Shown: positions 18,591 through 27,387 of the stretch, in pieces
Numbering within the stretch: the stretch's first letter is position 1
Layout of the letters: each line of letters begins with the position of its first letter
Origin: Desulfobacterales bacterium
Lineage (GTDB): Bacteria > Desulfobacterota > Desulfobacteria > Desulfobacterales > UBA5852
Assembly: GCA_963674755.2 (NCBI GenBank)
Contig: CAXXVS010000003.1
Coordinates: 544,001-608,000 of the forward strand
Length of the DNA stretch: 64,000 nt
Reading direction: 5' to 3'
Notes under the pieces: model-generated
Told to the model about the DNA's origin: nothing
Database searches by the model: none
The model's input: only the letters and a program-made list of their open reading frames with translations
Program-made: the position numbers and the translations under genes

Positions 18591-19451
18591 ATGGCCGTAG
18601 TGGATGTCAACACGAAACTGGTCGGGCTGCTGGGCAACCCATTAGGGCACAGCTTTTCGCCGGCCATGCACAACAAGGCCTTTGAGACCCTCGGGCTGAA
18701 TTACTTCTATCTGCCCATCGAAGTGACGGCGGAAGATCTGCCCACCGTGGCGGCCGGCATCGCCAAAATGAACTTTGCGGGCTACAACATCACGATCCCC
18801 CACAAGATCCGCATCATGGACTGTCTGGATGCCATCGACCCCCTGGCCCAGGCCATCGGCGCGGTCAACACCGTCGTTCTGGAAAACGGCCGTGCCACGG
18901 GCTACAACACGGACGGCGAGGGCTTTGTCCGGTCCCTGGAGGCGGAATCCGGGACCAAGGTGGACGGGAAATGCCATTTTATCCTCGGTTGCGGAGGGGC
19001 GGCCCGGGCCATTGCCATGACCCTTGCCGCCAAAGGCGCCCGGAAGATTTTCCTCTGCAACCGCACCGAACAGAAAGCCCATGATTTATCCGCTGAAATC
19101 AACGCCAAGGTCAGCCCCTGCAGCGAGGTGGTACCGGTGGAACCGGCCCGCATCGAGGCGGCCGTCCAACAAGTGGACGTGCTCATCAATACCACCAGCA
19201 TCGGCATGCACCCGGAAGAGGACCGCATACCCATCGACGGCAACCTGATTCCAGGGGGTGTGATCGTAAGCGACATCGTCTATAATCCCGCCCGGACGAA
19301 GCTGCTGCGGGTGGCCCAAGAAAAGGGCTGTCAAACCGTCCCCGGGTTGGGGATGCTGGTCTACCAGGGGGCCGAGGGGTTCCGTAAATGGACAGGAGCC
19401 GAGCCCCCCGTAGAAGTCATGTTCGGGGTCGTTCGGGCGCTGAAAGGATGA
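18591..19451 (+). CDS. aroE: Shikimate (quinate) dehydrogenase
   Basis: HSFSP.MHN, NITIPHK, GAVNT, NTDG.G, GCGGAARA, NRT, G.GMLVYQG. Confidence 0.93.
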   Translation: MAVVDVNTKLVGLLGNPLGHSFSPAMHNKAFETLGLNYFYLPIEVTAEDLPTVAAGIAKMNFAGYNITIPHKIRIMDCLDAIDPLAQAIGAVNTVVLENGRATGYNTDGEGFVRSLEAESGTKVDGKCHFILGCGGAARAIAMTLAAKGARKIFLCNRTEQKAHDLSAEINAKVSPCSEVVPVEPARIEAAVQQVDVLINTTSIGMHPEEDRIPIDGNLIPGGVIVSDIVYNPARTKLLRVAQEKGCQTVPGLGMLVYQGAEGFRKWTGAEPPVEVMFGVVRALKG

Positions 19452-19497
19452 GGGAACAAATCGGCGATTAGACGCTATCCTCGTTGGGCGATTGCGT

Positions 19498-21081
19498 TTA
19501 CGCCTTGAGGTTTTCCAATGTCTCCATCACCTGTTCGCGTTCTACCGTATCGCTCACGAAGACATCGCCGATGGCGCGGAGCAGAATAAATCGTATGCGG
19601 CCCGAGGCCGCCTTTTTGTCCCGCCGCATGGCCTCGTAGACCCGGAACAAATCGATGTGAGCCGGAATGCGAACGGGTAGCCCGGCATCGACCAGAACCG
19701 GCTTTAGGCGCTCCTGTAGCTCCGGCGCGCAATGGCCCAGACGGGCCGACAGACTGGCGGCCGCCACCAGTCCCATGGCCACGGCCTCCCCATGGCGGAT
19801 GGTGTGTTCGCAGACCTGCTCGATGGCGTGGGCGAAGGTGTGCCCCAGGTTGAGCAGGTTGCGGCGTCCGCGGTCAAAGGGGTCTTCTTGCACAATCCTG
19901 ATTTTGACCTGAATGGCTTGGGCTACCAGGGCCTGCAGATCCGGCAGGGGCGGCACCAGGGTCCCGGCTTCCCGGGCCCAGCTGCCGCCCTCGATTTGGG
20001 CGAACAGGGCCGCGTCATCGATCAGACTGTGTTTGATCACTTCCGCCATGCCGGAAGAAAATTCCTCCGGTGAAAGACTTTGCAGGGTGGCCACATCAGC
20101 GATCACCGCGGTGGGCTGCTTGAAGGCGCCCACCAGGTTCTTGCCCTGGGGAAGATTGATGCCGGCCTTGCCGCCGATGCTCGTATCCACCATGGCCAGC
20201 AGGCTTGTGGGGCAATGGACCAGGTCCACCCCCCGCATGTAGACCGCCGCCACGAATCCGGCCAGGCCGCTGATGACCGACCCCCCCAGGCCGATGATGG
20301 TGCCGTTGCGCTCGAAGCCTTTTTCGATCAGCTGTTCGCAGATGGACTGCACCATGGTAAGCGTTTTATGCTGCTGTCCGGGGGGCACTTGGATAACCGC
20401 ATCGACCGGACCGCAGCTTTGTGCGTACAAAGGCCCGGTGTTGGTGTCCGTGATGATCGCCACGGGGCCGGCGATGCCCGCCAGATTCTTCACAAAGGGC
20501 AGCAGGCCGCCGCCGACGATATACTCGTAGTGTTTGCCGGCCCCGGTGATCGACACGCGCTGGTCCGGGTTGGCCTGAAAGAGGCCGATCAGGTTATTGG
20601 TGACCGCGTCGGGCGTTTTTTCGGATGTCACCATCTGGGGGAACTGGCCGTAGTCTTCCTGGCGCTGCTGCATCAGCTCGACGATGCGTTCCATGGGATC
20701 GGGCACTGCCAGCAGGGGCCGCTCATGAGTGGTGTCTCTGGAGACCCTGTCCAGGATTTCTTCCGGGGTGGCCACCAGGCAAAAGACGCGCCCCGTGCGG
20801 CTAAGCGCCGCGGCGTTGCCCGGATCCAGCATCAGGCGCCCGCCGGTGGAGATCACCACTCCCTGCCGGTCGGCCAGTTCGCGGGCCACCGCGCCCTCCA
20901 TTTCGCGGAAGGCCACTTCCCCCATTTCCTGGAAGATTTCCGGAACGGTCTTGCCGGCCCGCTCCTGGATCAGTTCATCCGTATCGACGAAAGCGTAGTC
21001 CAGCTGCTGGGCCAGCTTCTTGCCCACGGTGGTTTTGCCGGTCCCCATGAAGCCGGTCAAAACGATATTGGGTCTGTCCAT
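19498..21081 (-). CDS. Shikimate kinase / 3-dehydroquinate synthase fusion (AroKB-like, substituted DHQS motifs)
   Basis: GFMGTGKTT P-loop, DTD, RPLL; C-terminal DTSIGGK, KNLVGAF, AEVIKH, NLGHTFAHAIE, HGEAV. Confidence 0.9.
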   Translation of the reverse strand: MDRPNIVLTGFMGTGKTTVGKKLAQQLDYAFVDTDELIQERAGKTVPEIFQEMGEVAFREMEGAVARELADRQGVVISTGGRLMLDPGNAAALSRTGRVFCLVATPEEILDRVSRDTTHERPLLAVPDPMERIVELMQQRQEDYGQFPQMVTSEKTPDAVTNNLIGLFQANPDQRVSITGAGKHYEYIVGGGLLPFVKNLAGIAGPVAIITDTNTGPLYAQSCGPVDAVIQVPPGQQHKTLTMVQSICEQLIEKGFERNGTIIGLGGSVISGLAGFVAAVYMRGVDLVHCPTSLLAMVDTSIGGKAGINLPQGKNLVGAFKQPTAVIADVATLQSLSPEEFSSGMAEVIKHSLIDDAALFAQIEGGSWAREAGTLVPPLPDLQALVAQAIQVKIRIVQEDPFDRGRRNLLNLGHTFAHAIEQVCEHTIRHGEAVAMGLVAAASLSARLGHCAPELQERLKPVLVDAGLPVRIPAHIDLFRVYEAMRRDKKAASGRIRFILLRAIGDVFVSDTVEREQVMETLENLKA

Positions 21082-21154
21082 AGCGTTCAATCCCTTCGGG
21101 CCGAATTTGTCAAAGGTGGTCTCCGGGTTTGCTTGGGGAGGGTCGGTCGATACA

Positions 21155-22177
21155 TCAGCATCCCGGCAATTCGCGCAACTCCGCCAGGGGGATGTCGGTG
21201 ACGATGCAATTCCCCAGACCATTCAGCAGCACGAAATGCACGCTCTCCTTTTCCCGCTTTTTGTCTTTGCCCAGGGCTTCCAGAACCGCCTTCTGGTCGA
21301 AGGTTTTGCGCAGCGGCAACCCCAGCTGGGCCAGCAAGTCTTGCAGCCGCTGCTCCTCGTGAGCGGTGATCAGACCGCGCCGCCGGGAAAGACGGGCCGC
21401 CAAGACCATACCGATACTGACCGCCTGGCCGTGGGGCACGCCAGTCACTTTTTCGACGGCATGCCCGAAGGTATGGCCGAAATTGAGTTTGCGGCGCTCC
21501 CCGGCTTCCTTCTCATCGTGGTTGACGATGGTGGACTTGATGACCAGCGAGTCATAGACGAGACGTTCGATAACCTCCCGGTCGAGGGCCAGGGCCAGGG
21601 GGGCGTTTTGCTCCAGATAGGCGAACATGTCGGCGTCGGCAATGGCGGCATGTTTGACAATTTCGGCCAAGCCGCATTGCCGCTGTTCTTCCGGCAGGGA
21701 GGGCAGCATTTCCAGATCGCAGAGGACGAAGTCGGGTTGATTGAACGTGCCCACCATGTTTTTATAGCCGCCGAAGTTCACCCCGTTTTTGCCGCCCACA
21801 CTGGCGTCCACCTGGGCCAGAAGGGTGGTGGCCACAAATCCGAAGCGTACCCCCCGCATGTAGGTCGAGGCCACAAAGCCGGTGATGTCGCAGACGATGC
21901 CGCCTCCGATCCCTACGATGCAGCAGGAGCGGTCGGCCTCAAGCTGCATCAGTTCATCGTAGATCCGAGTCACCGTATCGAGGGTCTTGATCGTCTCCCC
22001 GGAGCCGATGGTGATCACATGGCCGGCAGGGAACTGGTCGGCGTAATGCCGGTGCACGTTTTCATCCGTGATGATGATGGGCGGCCGACTTGGCAGATGA
22101 CGGGATAAATGGCGCAGGGGCTCCCCCACCAATAAGGTGGACGAGCCCGAAGCCCCCTGGATCTGGAGCTGCTTCAT
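21155..22177 (-). CDS. aroB: 3-dehydroquinate synthase
   Basis: GE..K, GGGIVCD, DASVGGKNG, KNMVGTF, NFGHTFGHAVE, HGQAV. Confidence 0.95.
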   Translation of the reverse strand: MKQLQIQGASGSSTLLVGEPLRHLSRHLPSRPPIIITDENVHRHYADQFPAGHVITIGSGETIKTLDTVTRIYDELMQLEADRSCCIVGIGGGIVCDITGFVASTYMRGVRFGFVATTLLAQVDASVGGKNGVNFGGYKNMVGTFNQPDFVLCDLEMLPSLPEEQRQCGLAEIVKHAAIADADMFAYLEQNAPLALALDREVIERLVYDSLVIKSTIVNHDEKEAGERRKLNFGHTFGHAVEKVTGVPHGQAVSIGMVLAARLSRRRGLITAHEEQRLQDLLAQLGLPLRKTFDQKAVLEALGKDKKREKESVHFVLLNGLGNCIVTDIPLAELRELPGC

Positions 22178-22247
22178 AAGAACGAAACCCTTTTTATCAT
22201 GTGGTCCGGGACGGCGCCCGGCATCGGCGATGAAGAACTTACCGGCA

Positions 22248-23327
22248 TCAGGAGGCCCGGTCGAACTGATCCGCCCGGACCTGCTTGAGCTTGGCATGGG
22301 CGCTGAGCACCAGTTCTTCGGTGCTTTCCCAGGAGATGCATTCGTCGGTGATGGAGACGCCATACTTCAGGGCATCGCGGTCGCCGCTGAATTTCTGATT
22401 GCCTTCGTGCAGATTGCTCTCCAGCATGAGACCGATGAGCGCTTCGCTGCCGTTGACCACCTGATCGATGACATTCCGCCAGACGATGGCCTGGCCCTGA
22501 TATTTCTTGTGACTGTTGGCATGGGAGCAATCCACGATCACCGCTTCGGGCAACCCCTTGGTGATCAGCATCAGGCGCGCTTCTTCGATGCTGATGGGAT
22601 CGTAGTTGGGCCGGCTGCCCCCACGCAATACGATGTGGCCATAAGGGTTGCCGCCGGTCTTGACGATGCAGGTCCGGCCGTCCTGGTCGATGCCCAGAAA
22701 GGTCTGGGCGGCGTGGGCCGCCACGAGTGCGTTGATGGCCGTGGACAGGTTGCCGTCCGTGCCGTTCTTGAAGCCCACCGGCATGGAAAGCCCCGAGGCC
22801 ATTTCCCGGTGGGTCTGGGATTCGGTGGTGCGTGCCCCGATGGCTGACCAGCAGACGACGTCGGCGATGTATTGGGGGATGATCGGTTCCAACATTTCGC
22901 TGGCCGTGGGCAGACCCATTTCCGCGATTTGCATCATCAGGCGGCGGGCCTTGAACAGTCCGGCATTCATGTCGCAGCTGCCGTCCAGCTCGGGGTCGCT
23001 GATCAAACCTTTCCACCCCACCGTGGTGCGGGGCTTTTCGAAATAGACCCGCATGACGAGGAAGAAGGTGTCCCGGACCTTGTCTTTCAGTTCCACCAGA
23101 CGTTGCGCATAGTCCAAGGCGGCCTTCTCGTCGTGGATGGAGCAGGGACCCACGATGGCCAGGAGGCGTTTGTCTTCCCTGTTGATAATGCGCTGGATGG
23201 TTTCACGCCCACCGATAACGGTTTGGCTGGCCTTGGCCGATAACGGCAGCTGTTGTTTGAGTTCCCGCGGGGGCATCAAGGGCAGGTAGTCCCTTACGCG
23301 GACGTCTTCGATGCGTGGCGCTGGCAT
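22248..23327 (-). CDS. Class I DAHP synthase (AroF/G/H type)
   Basis: GPCSIHD, RVYFEKPRTTVGWKG, IGARTTESQ, GFKNGT, DCSHANS, YGVSITD.C. Confidence 0.95.
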   Translation of the reverse strand: MPAPRIEDVRVRDYLPLMPPRELKQQLPLSAKASQTVIGGRETIQRIINREDKRLLAIVGPCSIHDEKAALDYAQRLVELKDKVRDTFFLVMRVYFEKPRTTVGWKGLISDPELDGSCDMNAGLFKARRLMMQIAEMGLPTASEMLEPIIPQYIADVVCWSAIGARTTESQTHREMASGLSMPVGFKNGTDGNLSTAINALVAAHAAQTFLGIDQDGRTCIVKTGGNPYGHIVLRGGSRPNYDPISIEEARLMLITKGLPEAVIVDCSHANSHKKYQGQAIVWRNVIDQVVNGSEALIGLMLESNLHEGNQKFSGDRDALKYGVSITDECISWESTEELVLSAHAKLKQVRADQFDRAS

Positions 23328-23414
23328 GGCTGGTTTCCTTTCGGGGTGGTTGCCTGGGCAACGGGTAAGAAATAAGGTTTTGTTCATCACCTTGCCGGTT
23401 AACCGCGCGGGACT

Positions 23415-23449
23415 AAAAAGGCCGTGGAGCGCCTCGATCGCCACGGCCT
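23415..23449 (-). terminator. Second terminator-like hairpin in the aro leader
   Basis: AGGCCGTGG...CCACGGCCT 9-bp stem followed by TTTT on the minus strand. Confidence 0.4.
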
Positions 23450-23457
23450 AATGAAAC

Positions 23458-23493
23458 AAAAAAAACCGCGGCGTTCGGTCCGCCAGCGGTTTT
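23458..23493 (-). terminator. Attenuator intrinsic terminator
   Basis: Minus strand AAAACCGC(T)GGCG-gaccgaa-CGCCGCGG followed by 8 T. Confidence 0.85.
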
Positions 23494-23513
23494 GAAAATC
23501 GTATGTCAGGTTT

Positions 23514-23591
23514 TCAGCACACCGCGGGCAGACCGGCGTAAAAATAATAATAGCCGAAATAAAAATAGAATTTGCCCGTTACGTTTTGCAT
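23514..23591 (-). CDS. Phe/Tyr-rich attenuation leader peptide MQNVTGKFYFYFGYYYFYAGLPAVC
   Basis: Translated by hand; AGGA RBS; 10 of 11 consecutive codons are Phe/Tyr; directly upstream of terminator and DAHP synthase. Confidence 0.9.
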   Translation of the reverse strand: MQNVTGKFYFYFGYYYFYAGLPAVC

Positions 23592-23618
23592 GCTGGTTTC
23601 CTATGATTGCTTTGGCAT

Positions 23619-23647
23619 ACGATAACGGGGGCGGGATGGATTGTCAA
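23619..23647 (-). promoter_or_regulatory. sigma70 promoter of the aro leader
   Basis: TTGACA-17 nt-TATCGT, -10 ending about 27 nt before the leader ATG. Confidence 0.75.
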
Positions 23648-23710
23648 GGGGCATCTTGGCGTTGGCCTGCAAACGCGCCGATGGCCAATCTCTGGCCGGG
23701 ACCGGGGATG

Positions 23711-24808
23711 CTATAGTTCGCGAATGAGGGCCTTCAACGTTTCGAGCTGCGAGGGCTTCAGATCGTCGAAGGAGACCTCGATGCCTCTGGGGTTGCGGCC
23801 CACGATGATGCCCGACAGCATGAGGGTGGTTTGGGTGCGGGGGTCGGTGATGTTCAGCATCAGCTCTTCGCCCTTGGTGAATGGCTCCGAGGTTTCCAGA
23901 AAGATGCCGTCTATCCGGATAGCACGGCTTGCGGTTGAATAGGAGGCATCTTCGGTGTCGTATTCCACCAACAATTCAGGCCGGGGTTTTTCCGACACGG
24001 TTTCACCTGCCGCGACCATGACGCTGGCCGGTTGATGGGCTTCGATCCCGGGACCGAGCTTGAGAACGATGACGGTGATGTTGTCATCCCCGCCGCGTTC
24101 GTTGGCCATTTCGGTCAGTTTGCGGCAGGATTCTTCAGGCGTGGCGCTGCTATCGACGATTTCATAGATTTCTTCCGGGAAAGCCTTGTCGCTCAGACCG
24201 TCCGAGCAGATGACAAGCACATCTCCTTCCTGGAAAAGGATTTCCGTCGTGTCGGGATTTACCGTTTCGTGGATACCCATGGCCCGTGTAATCATATGGA
24301 GGTATTGCTGGCCGAGTTTGAGACCGCCTTCCGGGGCCAGAGCCTCCTGCTCGGCCATGACCGTGTGCAGGGAGGAAACGATTTCGGCGCGCCCTCCCCG
24401 CACCAGGAAGACCGGGCTGTCGCCCACATTGCTGACAATGGCATGGGTGTCGCTGAAGTAGACCGCCGACACGGTCGATCCCATCCCTTTGCAGCTCTTG
24501 TCATTCTGGGCATATTCATAGGTTTTCAGGTTGGCCCGGCGGATGGCGTAAACCAGCTGGTTGGCCTGGGAGGAGAGGTTGCGGTCGACGCCCACCATCT
24601 GGTCGGGATTTTCGGCCGAGACCAATTTTTGCATGGTCTTGCGGATGGTGTCCACCACCAGGCGGCTGGCGACCTCACCGGCTTTGCGGCCCCCCATTCC
24701 GTCCGCCACCACGTAAAGTTGGAGTTGTTCGTCGATCAGAAAAGCGTCTTCATTGCCCTTCCGTTTTTGGCCCACATCCGTTTGCCCGGCGGCGACAACC
24801 GTTATCAT
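23711..24808 (-). CDS. PP2C Ser/Thr phosphatase with C-terminal PilZ-like domain
   Basis: R..NED, VADGMGG, NVGDS, CSDGL, GG.DNIT; C-terminal GIFLET..PF..G..L...GIEVSF. Confidence 0.88.
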   Translation of the reverse strand: MITVVAAGQTDVGQKRKGNEDAFLIDEQLQLYVVADGMGGRKAGEVASRLVVDTIRKTMQKLVSAENPDQMVGVDRNLSSQANQLVYAIRRANLKTYEYAQNDKSCKGMGSTVSAVYFSDTHAIVSNVGDSPVFLVRGGRAEIVSSLHTVMAEQEALAPEGGLKLGQQYLHMITRAMGIHETVNPDTTEILFQEGDVLVICSDGLSDKAFPEEIYEIVDSSATPEESCRKLTEMANERGGDDNITVIVLKLGPGIEAHQPASVMVAAGETVSEKPRPELLVEYDTEDASYSTASRAIRIDGIFLETSEPFTKGEELMLNITDPRTQTTLMLSGIIVGRNPRGIEVSFDDLKPSQLETLKALIREL

Positions 24809-24885
24809 CGGGCGGCCTCATCGGAAATATGAAAGGGGGTATTTCTCTCGGTTGCCGGTTTCCGGAGCATCATCATCCAATCGCC

Positions 24886-26181
24886 TTATCGGGTTTTAGA
24901 TCCGCTTTCGAAAGCCGAACTTTTTTCCAGCCGATAGGAAAGGGTGCGGGCAAAATTCTTGAAAAACAATAGCTGGACTGCCTCCGGGGCTTTGTCCATG
25001 AGGGTGGCGCTGATTTTCATCAGCAGACAATTGGTATGGGCCGTGGCCGAGGCCACCCGTGCCTTGCCGGCAATGTAGGCCATTTCGCCAAAACACTCGC
25101 CGGCTCGGATTTTGGCGATGACCTTGCCATTTTTGCGGATTTTGACCTTGCCGTTGAGCAGGATGTAGAAGGTGTCGTCGATGTCGCCTTCGGTTACGAT
25201 CACTTTGCCTTCCGGCACCTTGATGATGCTGCTGGCAAGCCCCAGGCTCTCGATTTGCTCCCGGGTGAAGTTGTGAAAGAAGGGAACCTGGCAGAGCAGG
25301 TCGATAATGTCCTCGACTTTTTTATCCCCCTTGGGAAGCATGATCCCCCGCAGGGCGACCCGCAGGTCGTAGGCCAGGTCCATACAGGAGGCATAGCGCT
25401 GCTCCAGGCTCTTGGCCAGGGCCCGGCGCATGATTTTATCGAAGATTTCCGGCAGGTCGGGGCGCAGCTCTCTTATGGGCACCGGGTTTTCGCGCGTGAT
25501 TTTGTAGATGATGGCAAAATCGTTCTCACCGCTGAAGGCCCGTTGGCCGGTGAGCAGTTCATACATGACGCAGCCCAGAGAGAAGATATCGCTCTGGTGG
25601 GTGGTGGTTTCTTCCTTGAGCTGCTCCGGCGACATATAGCTGGGGGTTCCCCAGATACCCTTTTCGGGGTCCTGTTTGGAGATGCGGGCGATGCCGAAAT
25701 CGGCCAATTTCGGCGTGCCGTGTTTGTCCAGCATGATATTCGAAGGCTTGATATCCCGGTGAATGACGCCCTGCTGATGGGCATAGTGCAGGGCGCTGGC
25801 GACCTTGAAAATGATCTCGATGCACTGGTCCAGGGGCAGGAGATTTTCGGGGCGGCATCTCCTTTTCAGGGTTTCGCCCTCGACGAACTCCATGATGATG
25901 TAGCAGAATTCCTTGTAGAGGCCGGTATCGTAGATCGCCAGAATGTTGGGGTGGCTGAGGCGTCCGGCCGACTGGGCTTCCAGGAAAAGTTTTTTGCGCG
26001 ACTGGCTGGAAATACCCTGGGAGATCTTGAGGGCCACCTGGCGCTGGATGTAGGCATCGCGGGCCAGGTAGACCACACCGGAGCCGCCCTGCCCGAGCTT
26101 GCGGATAATCTTGTACCGGCCCATGCTCTGGGTGTCCATCAGGCCGGATATGAATTTTTCATGTACCGAGGATTTGGCCAC
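24886..26181 (-). CDS. Hanks-type Ser/Thr kinase with C-terminal cNMP-binding domain
   Basis: LGQGGSG.V, VALK, HRDIKPSN, DFG, GTPSYMSPE; FGEMA...RVASA. Confidence 0.92.
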   Translation of the reverse strand: MAKSSVHEKFISGLMDTQSMGRYKIIRKLGQGGSGVVYLARDAYIQRQVALKISQGISSQSRKKLFLEAQSAGRLSHPNILAIYDTGLYKEFCYIIMEFVEGETLKRRCRPENLLPLDQCIEIIFKVASALHYAHQQGVIHRDIKPSNIMLDKHGTPKLADFGIARISKQDPEKGIWGTPSYMSPEQLKEETTTHQSDIFSLGCVMYELLTGQRAFSGENDFAIIYKITRENPVPIRELRPDLPEIFDKIMRRALAKSLEQRYASCMDLAYDLRVALRGIMLPKGDKKVEDIIDLLCQVPFFHNFTREQIESLGLASSIIKVPEGKVIVTEGDIDDTFYILLNGKVKIRKNGKVIAKIRAGECFGEMAYIAGKARVASATAHTNCLLMKISATLMDKAPEAVQLLFFKNFARTLSYRLEKSSAFESGSKTR

Positions 26182-26347
26182 GCTCTGCCTGCCTCTTTAG
26201 CGATCCATGCCGAAAGGTTTCAACATAACTGTATAGCATACCATATTTCATGCATGGCCAACAGCTTTTTGGTGGCTAGGCGGGGCGCTTTTTAGCCGGC
26301 TGGCCGGCCGGCAGGATGGGGAGGGATCGCGGCGGTCGAGACCGCGG

Positions 26348-27385
26348 TTAAACATTGAACCGGAAGTTGATGATATCCCCGTCTTGGACTTCGTATTGCT
26401 TGCCTTCCAGGCGGGTCGTGCCCAGTTTGCGGGCTTCGGCATAGCTGCCGGCGGCCATCAGGTCGTCGTAGGCCAGCACTTCCGCCCGGATGAAACCCTT
26501 CTTGATGTCGGAGTGAATCACTTCGGCCGCGTCCACGGCCGGTGTGGCGCAGCGGATGGTCCAGGCCCGCACCTCGTCTTCGCCCACAGTGAAAAAAGAA
26601 ATCAGACCCAGCAGGGCATAGGAACGTTGGATGATGCGGTCGGCCGCGGCCGCACCCACCCCGAATTCCTCCTGAAATTCGGCCGCCTCCTCGGGGGTCA
26701 TGCGAGCCAGTTCCTGTTCGAGCTTGCCGCGGATGACCATGGTATCGGCCGTTGCCAGCGCCTTGTCGAGCGTGGGCAGTCCGTCGTCTTCGTCGGCGTT
26801 GTTGAACAGGGCCAGCTGGGGCTTGGCGGACAGAAACGCAAAACCCCGCAGTTTGTGGGCCGTGGCAAGCTCGGGGTCTTCCCGCAGGGGGCGCTCGTTT
26901 TCCAGGAGCGCGTGGCAGCGGTTGAGCAGAGCCAGTTCTTCCGGATCGGGTTTCTTGCCCCGTTTCTGATCCAGTTCGAGCCTTTCCAGCCGTTTTTCCA
27001 CCACGATCAGGTCTTCGAAAATCAAATCCTGGTCGATCTTGCGGTAATCCTCGCAGGGGTTGGGCGCCTGGCTGCCGAACAGGTCGAAGTTGCGCACACA
27101 ATGAATCAGGGCATCGCAGTCCCGCACCTGGGTCCAGAAGGGCTGTTCACCGGCACGCTTCTCCCGGCTCTGGGGCTGGCCGGCCGGCAGGAAGTATTCC
27201 ACCTGGGCATAGATGGTCTTGCGGGGGTTGTACATCCCGCTGAGGGTATCCACCCGCTTGTCCGGTACACGGATGGTGCCGATGTGGGGTTCCGTCCGGG
27301 CGCCGGGGTTTAGTTCGGCGCCGGTCAGGGCTTCGAAAACAGTGGCCTTGCCGGCCTGCTCCAGGCCGATGATGCCCAGCTTCAT
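26348..27385 (-). CDS. YchF-like protein (C-terminal DUF933/TGS) with degenerate nucleotide-binding motifs
   Basis: FFTVGEDEVRAW, IHSD..KGFIRAE, EGK.Y.VQDGD..FRFNV; P-loop reads GLEQAGKAT. Confidence 0.85.
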   Translation of the reverse strand: MKLGIIGLEQAGKATVFEALTGAELNPGARTEPHIGTIRVPDKRVDTLSGMYNPRKTIYAQVEYFLPAGQPQSREKRAGEQPFWTQVRDCDALIHCVRNFDLFGSQAPNPCEDYRKIDQDLIFEDLIVVEKRLERLELDQKRGKKPDPEELALLNRCHALLENERPLREDPELATAHKLRGFAFLSAKPQLALFNNADEDDGLPTLDKALATADTMVIRGKLEQELARMTPEEAAEFQEEFGVGAAAADRIIQRSYALLGLISFFTVGEDEVRAWTIRCATPAVDAAEVIHSDIKKGFIRAEVLAYDDLMAAGSYAEARKLGTTRLEGKQYEVQDGDIINFRFNV

Positions 27386-27387
27386 AT

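Noticed and set aside
23328..23444. N-terminal extension of DAHP synthase in the ORF track
   Set aside because: Starts inside a leader hairpin; ATG 23327 has an AAGGA RBS and family similarity begins after it
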